Source: Candidatus Brocadiia bacterium
GTDB taxonomy: Bacteria > Planctomycetota > Brocadiia > SM23-32
Length of the DNA stretch: 64,000 nucleotides
Direction: 5' to 3'
NCBI GenBank assembly: GCA_046538485.1
Contig: JBKHIT010000015.1
Location: forward strand, 19,926 to 83,925
A model generated the notes under the pieces. It ran no database searches and was not told the DNA's origin. It saw only the letters and a program-made list of their open reading frames with translations. Shown piece by piece: positions 17,040 to 26,914 of this stretch. The position numbers and the translations under genes are program-made. Position 1 is the stretch's first letter. The number at the start of each line of letters is the position of its first letter.

Positions 17040-17354
17040 TCAGCGTCTGTTACGAACTTTTTTTCTCCCCAACAGCCACCCCAACAGACATCCCGGCGCA
17101 TTCTCTCCCTCAGGTTTGCTGGCCATAAAGTTTTCCTGCTTCTGGCGCGCCAGCAAGCCTCCGACCAGACGGGGAAAATCGGGATGTCGCTCGAAGACTT
17201 CCCGATACGAACTGCCGAGTTCAAGCAATTCTTCTGCCTCCCCGATAAGTTTATCGGTATTTTCTGAGCCCGATTCAAGATGTTGCTTTATGCGCGCGGT
17301 CAGTTCTTCCAGGTGGAGCTCGTATTCTTCCGGGGTTAGTTGTGTTTGGGCCAT
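17040..17354 (-). CDS. Hypothetical protein (104 aa)
   Basis: AGGAG RBS before ATG17354; helical acidic protein ending PGCLLGWLLGRKKVRNRR. Confidence 0.6.
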   Translation of the reverse strand: MAQTQLTPEEYELHLEELTARIKQHLESGSENTDKLIGEAEELLELGSSYREVFERHPDFPRLVGGLLARQKQENFMASKPEGENAPGCLLGWLLGRKKVRNRR

Positions 17355-17538
17355 GATCGCTCCTGGACGGACATCTGAACAAATTTGATAATGACAGAAA
17401 TAGCGAGGCAAGGCAAACGGTTATGGAAAATCCGGCCGCCGGTTGCGACCGAGCTCCGGAGTTGTTAGCATCCAGACTTTCGAGTTTTGTGGGCCCGTTG
17501 GGTTCGCGTTTCAAACCTATGGTTGCAGGAGATCGAAG

Positions 17539-18399
17539 ATGTATGTGTCAGTTCGCGATTGTATGTTGGCATCAACTGGTGTGTCGGACCCCGTGGCTGC
17601 TCTTCGGGAAGTCGGGGTGAATTCCACTGAAGTGGCGGTGGGAAAAGACGCGACGGTTGCCACCTTCACCGGTGAAGATGAGTCCTTAGAGCTCGGTTCC
17701 GATGAAGATCTTTCGGCACTTGGGTCGGTTTTGCAGGAAAATGATCTGTCGATATGCGCGTTTCTTATGGGCAACGACTTCTCGAGCGATGAGTATGACC
17801 AGGAAGTTGACGCCCTTGTCACGACCTGCCAGGCGGCAGAGACCTTGGGCGTGCCTGCGGTGCGTATCGATCTGATTCCGCGTCAGGGCGACATGCCGGA
17901 AGACGAGTTCATCACGCGATGTTTGGAGGCGACCGATCAAGCCCTCGGGGCCTGCGCGGACGTTGACCTCGGAATCGAAAACCATGGCGGCACGTCGAAC
18001 CGCCCGGAATTTCTCGATAAGGTCTTCGAGCGGTCTTCGAGCGAAAGACTCGGACTGACCCTCGATACCGGAAATTTCTACTGGTTCGGTCACCCTCTTG
18101 AAATGGTCTATGAACTCATGGAGAAATACGGCCCCCGGATCAACCACACTCACTGCAAAAATATCGCCTATCCGGAAGATATTCAAAATGAACGCCGAGA
18201 GGTCGGTTACGAATACGGCGAGTACGTGGCGCCGATATATGAAGGCGATATCGACCACAAGCGCGTTGTCTCGATCCTGAGTCAGGCGGGATACGATCGG
18301 AGCCTCTGCGTTGAGGACGAGAGTCTCGGACATTTCCCCGATGACGAACGCGCCGAGGTCCTCCAGAAAGATGTCGATTACCTCAAATCGATCGTTTAA
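17539..18399 (+). CDS. Sugar phosphate isomerase/epimerase (xylose isomerase-like TIM barrel)
   Basis: GIENHG, LTLDTGNFYW, HTHCKN, GDID and CVEDE motifs; AGGAG RBS before ATG17539. Confidence 0.85.
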   Translation: MYVSVRDCMLASTGVSDPVAALREVGVNSTEVAVGKDATVATFTGEDESLELGSDEDLSALGSVLQENDLSICAFLMGNDFSSDEYDQEVDALVTTCQAAETLGVPAVRIDLIPRQGDMPEDEFITRCLEATDQALGACADVDLGIENHGGTSNRPEFLDKVFERSSSERLGLTLDTGNFYWFGHPLEMVYELMEKYGPRINHTHCKNIAYPEDIQNERREVGYEYGEYVAPIYEGDIDHKRVVSILSQAGYDRSLCVEDESLGHFPDDERAEVLQKDVDYLKSIV

Positions 18400-18408
18400 G
18401 CCGATCTA

Positions 18409-19152
18409 ATGAACCGAACCTTCCGAGCGGATGACTGGGATTCCTACCGCATGGAATACGGCCGTCCGCACCGCGAACTCGAGCCCCCGGAACGTGAAGA
18501 AAATGTCGTGGACCGGGCGCTGAACGTTCTGGTTGAGGAAAACATACTGCCTCACGGTCGATACGATCGTGCTCTTTTTCTCGCCCACCGCCGCGCGGTC
18601 AGGGAACAATTTGAAATTCCCTGGACCGCCATCACGCCGCGGATGCAGCGTTTTATCTACGCCATCAACGCGATCCATGAACCATCAAACATAATCGCGG
18701 CCGGGATTTTCTGTGGCTTCACTTTTATCTGCAATGCCGGAGCCGCTGTGGGACCCGGTGCTTGTTACGATGCGGCGAACCTGATTGGTGTTGAGATCGA
18801 TGCCGACAGGGCATCGCTCGCCCGAGGAAACGTGCAAAAAGTCGATCCCGAAGGAAAAACCTCCATTATCGCCGCCGACGCCGTCGATGTCGCTCGGGAT
18901 GTCGAGTCCGAGATCGATCTTCTTTATCTGGATGCCGATGGTGCCGGTGGCCACGGGAAAGGTGTTTATTACGAGATCCTCCAAGCGGCCCTCGCAAAGA
19001 TCCCCGATGGTGGCCTCGTGCTGGCCCATAACAGCGTCAACTGCCGGCACGATCTCCGTCATTACCTCGAGTTTGTGCGTGATGAAACGCAGTTCCGGGC
19101 CAGCGTGAACGTGATACTGGATTCCGAAGGTCTGGAAGTCTCGTCGAAATGA
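18409..19152 (+). CDS. Class I SAM-dependent (O-)methyltransferase
   Basis: IIAAGIFCGFT (degenerate motif I), IGVEID, IDLLYLDADG, GGLVLAHN. Confidence 0.75.
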   Translation: MNRTFRADDWDSYRMEYGRPHRELEPPEREENVVDRALNVLVEENILPHGRYDRALFLAHRRAVREQFEIPWTAITPRMQRFIYAINAIHEPSNIIAAGIFCGFTFICNAGAAVGPGACYDAANLIGVEIDADRASLARGNVQKVDPEGKTSIIAADAVDVARDVESEIDLLYLDADGAGGHGKGVYYEILQAALAKIPDGGLVLAHNSVNCRHDLRHYLEFVRDETQFRASVNVILDSEGLEVSSK

Positions 19153-19198
19153 TATCGACAAAAGCGCGGACGATGCACTGACCGACAAAAGGAGAAAC

Positions 19199-20170
19199 AT
19201 GAAACCCCGCGAACGATTTATTGCTGCGCTGGAACGCCGCCCTCTGAGCGGATTGGTGCCGCATTTCGAGCTTGTGTTTTTCCTCACGATGGAAGCTTTT
19301 GGAAAGGTTCATCCTTCCCATCGTAGCTACGGGCAATGGGACCAGATGGAAAAAAAAGAGCGACAGCTTCATCGCGAGGATATGGCGGATATTTTCATTG
19401 CCACGGCTCGCCGATACGACCATTCCGCAATTTTTCTTCATCCCAATCCGCGGACCGATGAGGAGGCATTGCGTTTGATCGATATCGTGAGGGAGAAAAC
19501 GGGCGACCGGTATTTCCTGATGATGCATGGCGATGCCACGATGGGCATTCCCCATGGCGACAACATGGTTGAAGTCTCCATGCGGCTCAAGGACGAGCCG
19601 GGCAAGGTCAAGGCTGAAGCTTGTGAGCGTGTTGATCATGCGCTTGAGAAAGCAGAGAAATTTGCCAAGCACGGCGAGCTTGACGGATGGGCCCTGTGCG
19701 CTGATTACTGTTTCAACAATGGACCTTTTCTCTCGCCGGATCTGTTTGCTGAATTTGTGGCCCCGTATCTGACGGACCTGATCGCCGGTTACCGCGATTT
19801 GGGCTTTTACGTCATCAAGCATACAGATGGCGATATCATGCCGATTATCGATCAGCTGGTTGAGGCTAATCCTCACGCTTTGCATTCCCTCGACCCACAG
19901 GCGGGCGTGGACATCGCGGAGGTGAAAAAAACATATGGAGATCGCGTTTGTTTGATCGGAAATGTCAATTGTGGGACACTCGATACCGGAACCGACGAGG
20001 AAGTCGCGGAGGCGACGGAATACGCTTTGACGCGCGGAATGCCGGGCGGGGGTTACATATTTTCGACCAGTAATTGCATCTACACGGGCATGAAGCTCAA
20101 ACGTTACGACTTGATGCTTGATGTCTGGCGCGAAAATGGCATTTATCCCGATGCCGCCCAAGCACAGTAG
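19199..20170 (+). CDS. Uroporphyrinogen decarboxylase-family (MtaA/CmuA-like) protein
   Basis: MKPRERFIAAL, DYCFNNGPFLSPDLFAEFVAPY, KHTDG, LIGNV and GGGYIFSTSNCI; lacks the HemE RQAGR motif. Confidence 0.8.
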   Translation: MKPRERFIAALERRPLSGLVPHFELVFFLTMEAFGKVHPSHRSYGQWDQMEKKERQLHREDMADIFIATARRYDHSAIFLHPNPRTDEEALRLIDIVREKTGDRYFLMMHGDATMGIPHGDNMVEVSMRLKDEPGKVKAEACERVDHALEKAEKFAKHGELDGWALCADYCFNNGPFLSPDLFAEFVAPYLTDLIAGYRDLGFYVIKHTDGDIMPIIDQLVEANPHALHSLDPQAGVDIAEVKKTYGDRVCLIGNVNCGTLDTGTDEEVAEATEYALTRGMPGGGYIFSTSNCIYTGMKLKRYDLMLDVWRENGIYPDAAQAQ

Positions 20171-20352
20171 CGAGCGCGCAGTGTGTTACCACTGAAAACG
20201 TAACTCTACGTTTACCCTGTGTGCTTGAGGAACATAAATGTGTCCGAAGCGCACAGGTGTTGTGAGCAGGCTGGAGTTGGGCCGGAGCCCGGAGTTCAGA
20301 ATGGGGCCAGAGAATCGAGAAAGTCCATACGTTTTGAGGAAGGAAGCGGAAT

Positions 20353-21426
20353 ATGTCATCGCTTTACGAACCGTTGTCCAGAGAACAAGTCGCGGCAGTT
20401 GTGGAAGGAAGCGGAGACAGTCGTCCGCCCGCCTACATGCACAAGTGGCCCGGTGAAGGGCTGAGAGAATACCACGGTGCTGAAGCCGTCCAGGAGGTAT
20501 TTGCGCCGTACCCGGACGATGTGGTGGCCGGCAATGTGATCCAGCCCGGCGGCTGGGAGGCTCCCGAAGGATTTGCGGAGAATTACCGGTGGGCCTGGAA
20601 AGACAAATCGGAGGGTGAAGGTGGGGAGAAACACGGGCATGACAGCGGTGGGCGAATACTGGAAGATATGGATGAACTCGATGCGTTTCTTGACGATTTC
20701 CCTCGGGCCGACAATCCTGCTGTTTTCGAGCCGGTGCGTGAAGCGGTGGAAAGGTCGAATGGACAGTACGTGATAGGGTGGGCGTGGAACAATTTCTATG
20801 AGCGTCTGTGGGGTATCAGGGGCATGCAGTATATACTCATGGATTTTCATATCAATCCTGAGAAGACCAAACGTCTGTGTGAAGCCCTTCTGGATTTAGT
20901 GCTGAAATTTGTCGAAGGTGTGGCGGAAGCCGGGGCGGACGGATTTGCCACAAGCAACGATCTGGGGCATCAGACGGGTCTGATGATGAGCCCGGAAAAG
21001 TTTCGAGAATTTCTCAAACCCCTCCACGTGGAGGTTGCACGGGCCTGCCATGAGCATGGTTTGCACTACTGGATGCATTCATGCGGCAACTTGACCGACG
21101 TGGTGGAAGATATGATCGAGCTGGAATTGGACTGTCTGCATCCGCTGCAGTACGGCGCAATGGACTGGTGCGAAACGGCTGAACTTATTGACGGCCGAAT
21201 GACAGCCTGGCCCGGCATCGATGTCCAGCACATCCTTCAGGAAGAGGATCCCGAGGGTGTGCGCGAACATGTCCGCGATTTGATCGACACATTTTACATA
21301 CCCGGACGTGGGCGGTGTGTGGTGGCGGCGGGAAACGGGATTACCGGCTCGACCCCACTGGAGAATATCGATGCGTTTCTGGATGAGACCTTCCGGTATG
21401 GGCTGGAAATAACGCATAAAGGTTAG
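20353..21426 (+). CDS. Uroporphyrinogen decarboxylase-family (MtaA/CmuA-like) protein
   Basis: FYERLWGIRGM, NDLGHQTGLMMSPEKFREFLKP, MHSCG, GIDVQHIL and TPLENIDA; lacks RQAGR. Confidence 0.8.
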   Translation: MSSLYEPLSREQVAAVVEGSGDSRPPAYMHKWPGEGLREYHGAEAVQEVFAPYPDDVVAGNVIQPGGWEAPEGFAENYRWAWKDKSEGEGGEKHGHDSGGRILEDMDELDAFLDDFPRADNPAVFEPVREAVERSNGQYVIGWAWNNFYERLWGIRGMQYILMDFHINPEKTKRLCEALLDLVLKFVEGVAEAGADGFATSNDLGHQTGLMMSPEKFREFLKPLHVEVARACHEHGLHYWMHSCGNLTDVVEDMIELELDCLHPLQYGAMDWCETAELIDGRMTAWPGIDVQHILQEEDPEGVREHVRDLIDTFYIPGRGRCVVAAGNGITGSTPLENIDAFLDETFRYGLEITHKG

Positions 21427-21589
21427 GCTCTGTCTGAAAATACGGATCTGGATTCGAGCGGCTGCATTTGCGGCTGGCTTTGTCCGCCTGTATCGGCTTA
21501 TCTCCACTGGATAGGCCTGCTTCGGCGTCCGCGCCATCCGCAAATTCGCTCGCTCTCGGTCCGACGACCGCATTCTCAGACAGAGCCTA
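21424..21589. mobile_element. MITE A (166 bp including flanking TA)
   Basis: TAGGCTCTGTCTGAAAATACGG (21424-21445) vs CCGCATTCTCAGACAGAGCCTA (21568-21589) is a 20/22 inverted repeat. Internal IR ATTTGCGGCTGGC/GCCATCCGCAAAT. No transposase. Confidence 0.7.
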
Positions 21590-21860
21590 GTGGTCCCTGA
21601 CACTTGATTTTACCGGTTCAGAGCAGTTCTGCCGAGGTCAGTTCGAGGCGCGGCGCCAAAGGTGACCCAGCCGGGTCCCTGCGAAGCCGCAACGAAGAAA
21701 TGGCCCGGCAGAATTGCTCCCTACGGGTCGTGCGCTGGCAGCCCATATGCGGTGTTGCAGTTCGGCGTGGACCCGTTTGGGTCGAACTTCTCACTGCGCC
21801 TTGCATATGCACTACCAGCGCCCGACTGAACCGGTAAAATCAAGTGTCAGGGACCACTAG
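21587..21860. mobile_element. MITE B (274 bp including CTAG ends)
   Basis: Perfect 35-bp inverted repeats CTAGTGGTCCCTGACACTTGATTTTACCGGTTCAG (21587-21621) and its reverse complement (21826-21860). No transposase. Confidence 0.85.
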
Positions 21861-22212
21861 TGCTGCTGGCTGTGGCACGGAGTTTGTCTTCCATCTGTAT
21901 CCATTCGTGTTTATTGCTATTTCTCTCCAAAATCCTAATCACCGGGGTCGTCCCGCCTGTAATTTGTGTTAATTTTTGCGTCGGAGTTGGATGGATGCGT
22001 TGAATTCGCAATAGGGGTCATCAATCCCCGAGCGGTCGAATGTGCGAGCGCACTTACAGGGGGGCAGAAGTGACTGGTGAGATATCCGATAAGGGGATGG
22101 GAGTGCAAAGATGCGGGGATCTGATTGTCGGTAACTGGAAAAGGGAGCCTGCGGACCACACAGAAAAACATGAAAACGAAGAGCGATCGACAACACGGGC
22201 AAACCAGATCAA

Positions 22213-22944
22213 TCAGTCAGTCAGGGCTGAACTGTTTTCGTCGAGAACGAGGATTCGTCCGCAGTTGTGGCAGAAAACGAGTTTATTTTCTCGCATGAGC
22301 TCGTTTTCGGTTTGTTTGGGAAGACTTGTGAAGCAGCCCTGGCAGATCCGGTTTGTGGCTCTCACAACTGCCGTTGTCCCGCGCGATTTAGCCAGCCTGT
22401 CGTAAGTGCTGAGAGCTTCCGTGGCAATCTCTTCCCGCATTTTTTCTTCTTGTTCCTGCAGCTTCTTGATCTCCCGATCGTATTCGGCCTGTTTTTGGCT
22501 GACCCGCTGTTTGATCTCGTGGAGTTTTTGCTCCTCTTCGGCCAATTTCTTCTCTGTGTCTTCTCTTTTGCCTTGAAGGTCCTCGATTTTTTCGAGGAGC
22601 TCGAGTTCTTCGTCTTCCCACCGGGACATATCCGCCACGTTACTCATCATTTTGTTACGAATTGCATCGTAATCGCTCTGTCTTTTGGTTGTGTTGAGCT
22701 GTATTTTAAGCCGCTCATTTTCTTCTTCGGCGGATTCTATTTTGACCTCGAAGGCGTCGGCGTCCTTTTGAGCCTGTTGTTTTTGGTTTTGGAACTCTTT
22801 CAGTTTGTGTTCCAGGTCGGCCACCTTTTTTTCTTGTTCTTCAATATCACGCTGGAGGACGGCCCTATCTTTCTGGCATTGTTCGATTTGGGTTGTAAGT
22901 TCTTGCAGCTCGAGCAGTTTTTGAACCGTTTGTTGGGCCGACAT
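22213..22944 (-). CDS. Coiled-coil protein with C4-type zinc ribbon (DUF164 / zf-RING_7)
   Basis: Long coiled coil, then ICQGCF...VFCHNCGRIL; AAGAGG RBS before ATG22944; downstream of rpoD. Confidence 0.88.
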   Translation of the reverse strand: MSAQQTVQKLLELQELTTQIEQCQKDRAVLQRDIEEQEKKVADLEHKLKEFQNQKQQAQKDADAFEVKIESAEEENERLKIQLNTTKRQSDYDAIRNKMMSNVADMSRWEDEELELLEKIEDLQGKREDTEKKLAEEEQKLHEIKQRVSQKQAEYDREIKKLQEQEEKMREEIATEALSTYDRLAKSRGTTAVVRATNRICQGCFTSLPKQTENELMRENKLVFCHNCGRILVLDENSSALTD

Positions 22945-22969
22945 TTTTTCTGAGCCTCTTTCAAGTAAT

Positions 22970-23004
22970 AAAAAAAGGCCCGAGCTCATTCGGCGAGCCG
23001 GGCC
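22970..23004 (-). terminator. Rho-independent terminator between rpoD and the DUF164 gene
   Basis: Minus strand GGCCCGGCTC-GCCGAAT-GAGCTCGGGCC-TTTTTTT. Confidence 0.7.
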
Positions 23005-23144
23005 GCGAGGGCGCACGTGGATTCGCTGCCTCCCCAGCAGCGTTTCCCGGAAAAACCGGTGGGGAAGGGCAGTGTTTGCATCTTCATCCTTGGTATCACA
23101 TCTAATCTCCGGGGTTCTTAAAACGATTTGTGCAACGCGACAGT

Positions 23145-24818
23145 TTAAGCGTTTTCAGCGAGTCCGTCAACGAAGCCTTCAAGTTTTCGGCTTCGGACCG
23201 GATGCTGGAGTTTCCGTATGGCTTTTGCTTCGATCTGTCGAACGCGTTCACGGGTGACGTTAAAGACGCGCCCGACTTCTTCCAGAGTGTAAGTATAGCC
23301 GTCTCCAAGTCCGTAGCGCAGTTTGATGATTTCCCGTTCTCGGTAGGTGAGGGTATCGAGAACGTTTTCGATTTTATCTTTAAGCATTTCCTGCGTTGCT
23401 ACAGATACGGGCGACTCGGCGTTTTCGTCTTCAATAAATTCTCCGAAGGAACTTTCCTCGCTATCGCCAACGGGACGATCGAGGCTGATGGGTTTTCGGG
23501 AGATTTTCAGCACCCGGCGTGTTTCTTCTACGCTGAGGTCGGCTTCTTCGGCAAGTTCTTCCAGGGTAGGTTCGCGGCCGAGACGTTGGGAGAGCTTTTT
23601 CATCGTCTCGCGGATACTACTCATGGTTTCGATCATATGGACGGGGATTCGAATGGTGCGTGCCTGGTCGGCGATCGAACGGGTAATAGCCTGGCGAATC
23701 CACCAGGTCGCGTATGTGCTGAATTTGAATCCACGTCGGTATTCGTATTTGTCCACCGCGCGCATAAGGCCGGTATTCCCCTCCTGGATGAGATCGAGGA
23801 AACTGAGCCCCCGGTTGCGGTATTTTTTGGCTATACTCACAACAAGACGGAGGTTTCCGGCAGAGAGTTCTTGTTTGGCCCTTTCATAGCGATCGTGAGC
23901 GGTTTGTGTGGCTTCTACTCTTCGTAGAAAGACGTCCGATGGCAGACAGAGCTGGTTCTCGAGATGTCGCAGCTCAGCTTCCATGCCGCGGCGTTGCGCT
24001 TTTGTTGGGGCTTCACGTCCGGTCTGGCTGAGTTTGCGTTTAATCGTACAGATACGATCATAGGTTTTGTTGATTTTTTGCATGATGGGTTGGATTTTCC
24101 GCGTGCGGAGCCCGAGTTCCTCAAGGAGGATTTGAGCTTTCCGGCAGCGGTTTTGCATTTCGCGGAGTTTTTGCACCCGTTTGTTCCCATCCATCCCTTT
24201 TTCGCGCCACTTTTCCCAGATGTCGCGAATCTGGGCGATCAATTTATGAATTGTTTCGATATTCTGAGGCAATCGAGTGGCGAGCGCATCTTTTTCAACA
24301 TCATCGACGGCAGCGATATTGAGTGTCCGATCGAAAGGCACCTCCCCTTCATGGACGTTTTCCATTATGTTCAGGCATTTCTCAATACCCGGTATGAACT
24401 GTGTGATACGTTTGCGGAAGCGTTTCCTGGCGATTTCGATGCGTTTAGCGTGCGCGATTTCTTCTTCGCGGCTCAGGAGAGGAATCTCTCCCATCTGCGT
24501 CAGGTACATTCGCACGGGATCATCGATTTTATCGGTGCTTCCGACGAGTTGTTCTTCTTCATCGTCTTCTTCCTCTTCTTCAGGGAGTTCTTTCCCAGGT
24601 TCTTCTTCGAGTTCCGATTTATCTATAAGGTCGATTCCCTTCTCATCGAGACTGAGAAGGACCTCATCAATGTATTCCGGGCTGACGGCCTTATCAGGCA
24701 AGAGGTCGTTCATTTCTTCGTAGGTCAAAAAGCCCTTTTCCTGACCTCGGCTCACGAGTTCCTCGATTTCTTCTCCCAGAACCGGAGTTTCGGCCTGCTT
24801 TTCTTTTTTGTCAGTCAT
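23145..24818 (-). CDS. rpoD: RNA polymerase primary sigma factor RpoD
   Basis: [49 protein letters not shown] and [13 protein letters not shown]; region 1.1 present. Confidence 0.97.
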   Translation of the reverse strand: MTDKKEKQAETPVLGEEIEELVSRGQEKGFLTYEEMNDLLPDKAVSPEYIDEVLLSLDEKGIDLIDKSELEEEPGKELPEEEEEDDEEEQLVGSTDKIDDPVRMYLTQMGEIPLLSREEEIAHAKRIEIARKRFRKRITQFIPGIEKCLNIMENVHEGEVPFDRTLNIAAVDDVEKDALATRLPQNIETIHKLIAQIRDIWEKWREKGMDGNKRVQKLREMQNRCRKAQILLEELGLRTRKIQPIMQKINKTYDRICTIKRKLSQTGREAPTKAQRRGMEAELRHLENQLCLPSDVFLRRVEATQTAHDRYERAKQELSAGNLRLVVSIAKKYRNRGLSFLDLIQEGNTGLMRAVDKYEYRRGFKFSTYATWWIRQAITRSIADQARTIRIPVHMIETMSSIRETMKKLSQRLGREPTLEELAEEADLSVEETRRVLKISRKPISLDRPVGDSEESSFGEFIEDENAESPVSVATQEMLKDKIENVLDTLTYREREIIKLRYGLGDGYTYTLEEVGRVFNVTRERVRQIEAKAIRKLQHPVRSRKLEGFVDGLAENA

Positions 24819-26646
24819 CAGTATTCCTTTTCCAGATTCGGGCTATTCTCTGGTCTTCTTGCTTGAGACGTTTTTGGAAATCGCGAATTCTTTCATCTGA
24901 CACCCGGTCCAGCGAGTCACCGGAGGCTTCTTCTGATTCGGTCTCGGGACTTTTGCGTGTACTTTGATTTTGGCCTTTTCTCTGGAGGTATTCGATGTAT
25001 TCCTGGTAACGATCCAGGGGGGGCGAGTTTTTGATGGTAGCTTTCCGTCGTTTTTCAGCTTCTCGTGTTCGGGTTGCAAGGACCACCAGGTCCGAGTTTT
25101 CCAGTGAGTTTATGAAACCTGCGGCATCGGGCGAAGATTGTTCACGACAGTACTCCACGAAGTGCTGAAGCAAAGTGCGTTCGGGAGATTCCGGCAGTAA
25201 TTCAAGATCCAGGTTTTGAACAGCTTGATCTCGGACGTTTTTGTTAGCAAGGATAAGTCCGAGTAAATCTTCCCGTAGGACTTTCTCTGCGCTCAGTCGG
25301 GCGACATCTTTGTGACCTTCTCGTGGCGGAGAATACCGTCTTTTATCGTTCCACGTGCGCTCCAGATAGGCGAACGCGCTCTGCTCAGAGACACCGACCT
25401 CGCGCGCTATCGTTCGCACGAGTATATCTCTTCGGGCTTCGTTCTGAACCTCAAGTGCCATTTCAGCAAGATCTTCAAAAGCGCTGGACCGCCCATTGAC
25501 GGTGTTCATATCGTATTGTTCTGAGGCTCGTTTGAGACGAAATTCGAGGAAATCCATATCCTCATTGATTCTTTCCCGAAAAACGTCGGGCCCGTGCTTG
25601 AGCAAGAAATCACAGGGATCCAACCCTTCAGGAAGCTGAACAATGCGCGGCTCAATATCTTCGGCGAGAAGGACTTCTATGCTCCGGGTTGCGGATTTTA
25701 TCCCGGCTTCATCGGGATCGAAGACAAGATGGACCGTCTGGCACAATTTTGAAAGTGTTCGTGCATGCTTTTCTGTCAATGCCGTGCCCAATACGGCCAT
25801 GGTGGCATCCAGACCGAATTGATGGCTCATAATGACGTCTGTATAACCTTCGACGATCACAGCTTCTTTATTGGATCGGATTGAATCTCGTGCTTCGCAG
25901 AACCCGTAGAGGCAACGGCTTTTGTCAAAAATCGGACCCGCCGGGCTATTGAGGTACTTAGCGTCTTGATCTTCGGCCAAAGCCCGACCACCAAAACCGA
26001 TGACCCTTGCGTTCCGGTCCCGCACTGGAAACATGAGCCGGTTGCGGAACCGATCGTAGTATCCTTCCGATTCGGAACGCGGTACCACCAAGCCAGCTTC
26101 TTCCAGCATAGAAGGGCTGATGCTGCGGCGGTTCGCGAGGTTCAACAGGTGATCCCACCCTTCCGGGGCGTAACCAATTCTCCATTTTTCGATCGACTTT
26201 TCGTTGATCTGGCGTTCTTTCAGATAAGACCGCGCTCTGTCAGACCCGCCCGCTTTCTCAAGGCATTTTTCATAAAAAGTGCTGGCGAGTTCGTTAATCT
26301 GTCGGAGCGATTTTAGCTCGTCGCGGGACGGCCCATCTTCAGTTTTATACCGACTCAGATCAACTCCGGCATCCTGGGCCAGTTGGCGGAGAGCCTCCTG
26401 GAATTCCAGTCCTTCAACGTCCTTCAGAAATGTGAAGATATTTCCGCCCTGACCACATCCAAAGCAATAATAGAGACCCTCTTCGGGATCGACGGTAAAA
26501 GAGGGGGTTTTTTCTTTGTGGAAAGGGCAGAGGCCCCAGAACCGATTGCCTCGTTTTTTCAAATCCGTGTAACGGCTGATAATGCGTACGATGTCTGCGG
26601 AATGTACTATTTGCTGAATGACGTGTTCAGGAACTTTGCCCCGCAA
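24811..26646 (-). CDS. dnaG: DNA primase
   Basis: [11 protein letters not shown]...YCFGC zinc finger, [24 protein letters not shown] and FDPDEAG TOPRIM. Likely TTG start at 26646. Confidence 0.96.
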   Translation of the reverse strand: MRGKVPEHVIQQIVHSADIVRIISRYTDLKKRGNRFWGLCPFHKEKTPSFTVDPEEGLYYCFGCGQGGNIFTFLKDVEGLEFQEALRQLAQDAGVDLSRYKTEDGPSRDELKSLRQINELASTFYEKCLEKAGGSDRARSYLKERQINEKSIEKWRIGYAPEGWDHLLNLANRRSISPSMLEEAGLVVPRSESEGYYDRFRNRLMFPVRDRNARVIGFGGRALAEDQDAKYLNSPAGPIFDKSRCLYGFCEARDSIRSNKEAVIVEGYTDVIMSHQFGLDATMAVLGTALTEKHARTLSKLCQTVHLVFDPDEAGIKSATRSIEVLLAEDIEPRIVQLPEGLDPCDFLLKHGPDVFRERINEDMDFLEFRLKRASEQYDMNTVNGRSSAFEDLAEMALEVQNEARRDILVRTIAREVGVSEQSAFAYLERTWNDKRRYSPPREGHKDVARLSAEKVLREDLLGLILANKNVRDQAVQNLDLELLPESPERTLLQHFVEYCREQSSPDAAGFINSLENSDLVVLATRTREAEKRRKATIKNSPPLDRYQEYIEYLQRKGQNQSTRKSPETESEEASGDSLDRVSDERIRDFQKRLKQEDQRIARIWKRNTDD

Positions 26647-26729
26647 GAACTTTCCTTCGCGGTGGATCAGGACTCTGTAAGAGGACAACAATACCTAAAA
26701 AAGCGGAATACCCCCACTTTACTGCGCTT

Positions 26730-26757
26730 ATTATACCACACGTATCTTGTTTTGCAA
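26730..26757 (-). promoter_or_regulatory. Sigma-70 promoter for dnaG-rpoD
   Basis: TTGCAA-N16-TATAAT with an extended TGG -10 on the minus strand. Confidence 0.5.
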
Positions 26758-26838
26758 GAGCGGTTTCCGTCTTTTCTGGAAAAAGTTAATGGTTTTTCAA
26801 CAAACGGATATTGAGATCCCATTTTTGCAGGCAGTTGG

Positions 26839-26867
26839 TTTACGTATGCTTGGGTTTAAACTATAAT
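26839..26867 (+). promoter_or_regulatory. Sigma-70 promoter for the hflK operon
   Basis: TTTACG-N17-TATAAT. Confidence 0.45.
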
Positions 26868-26914
26868 CAAGCTCCGGGCATTTTATTTTTCTCATTCTGC
26901 GAGAGGATGCGTTT

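Noticed and set aside
19199..21426. True HemE (haem biosynthesis)
   Set aside because: No RQAGR motif and no tetrapyrrole genes in context.
21587..21860. 35-bp repeat as a CRISPR repeat
   Set aside because: Only two copies, in inverted orientation, with no spacer array and no cas genes.
21861..23144. tRNA or RNase P RNA around rpoD/DUF164
   Set aside because: No cloverleaf or T-loop consensus and no GAGGAAAGTCC signature seen on either strand.
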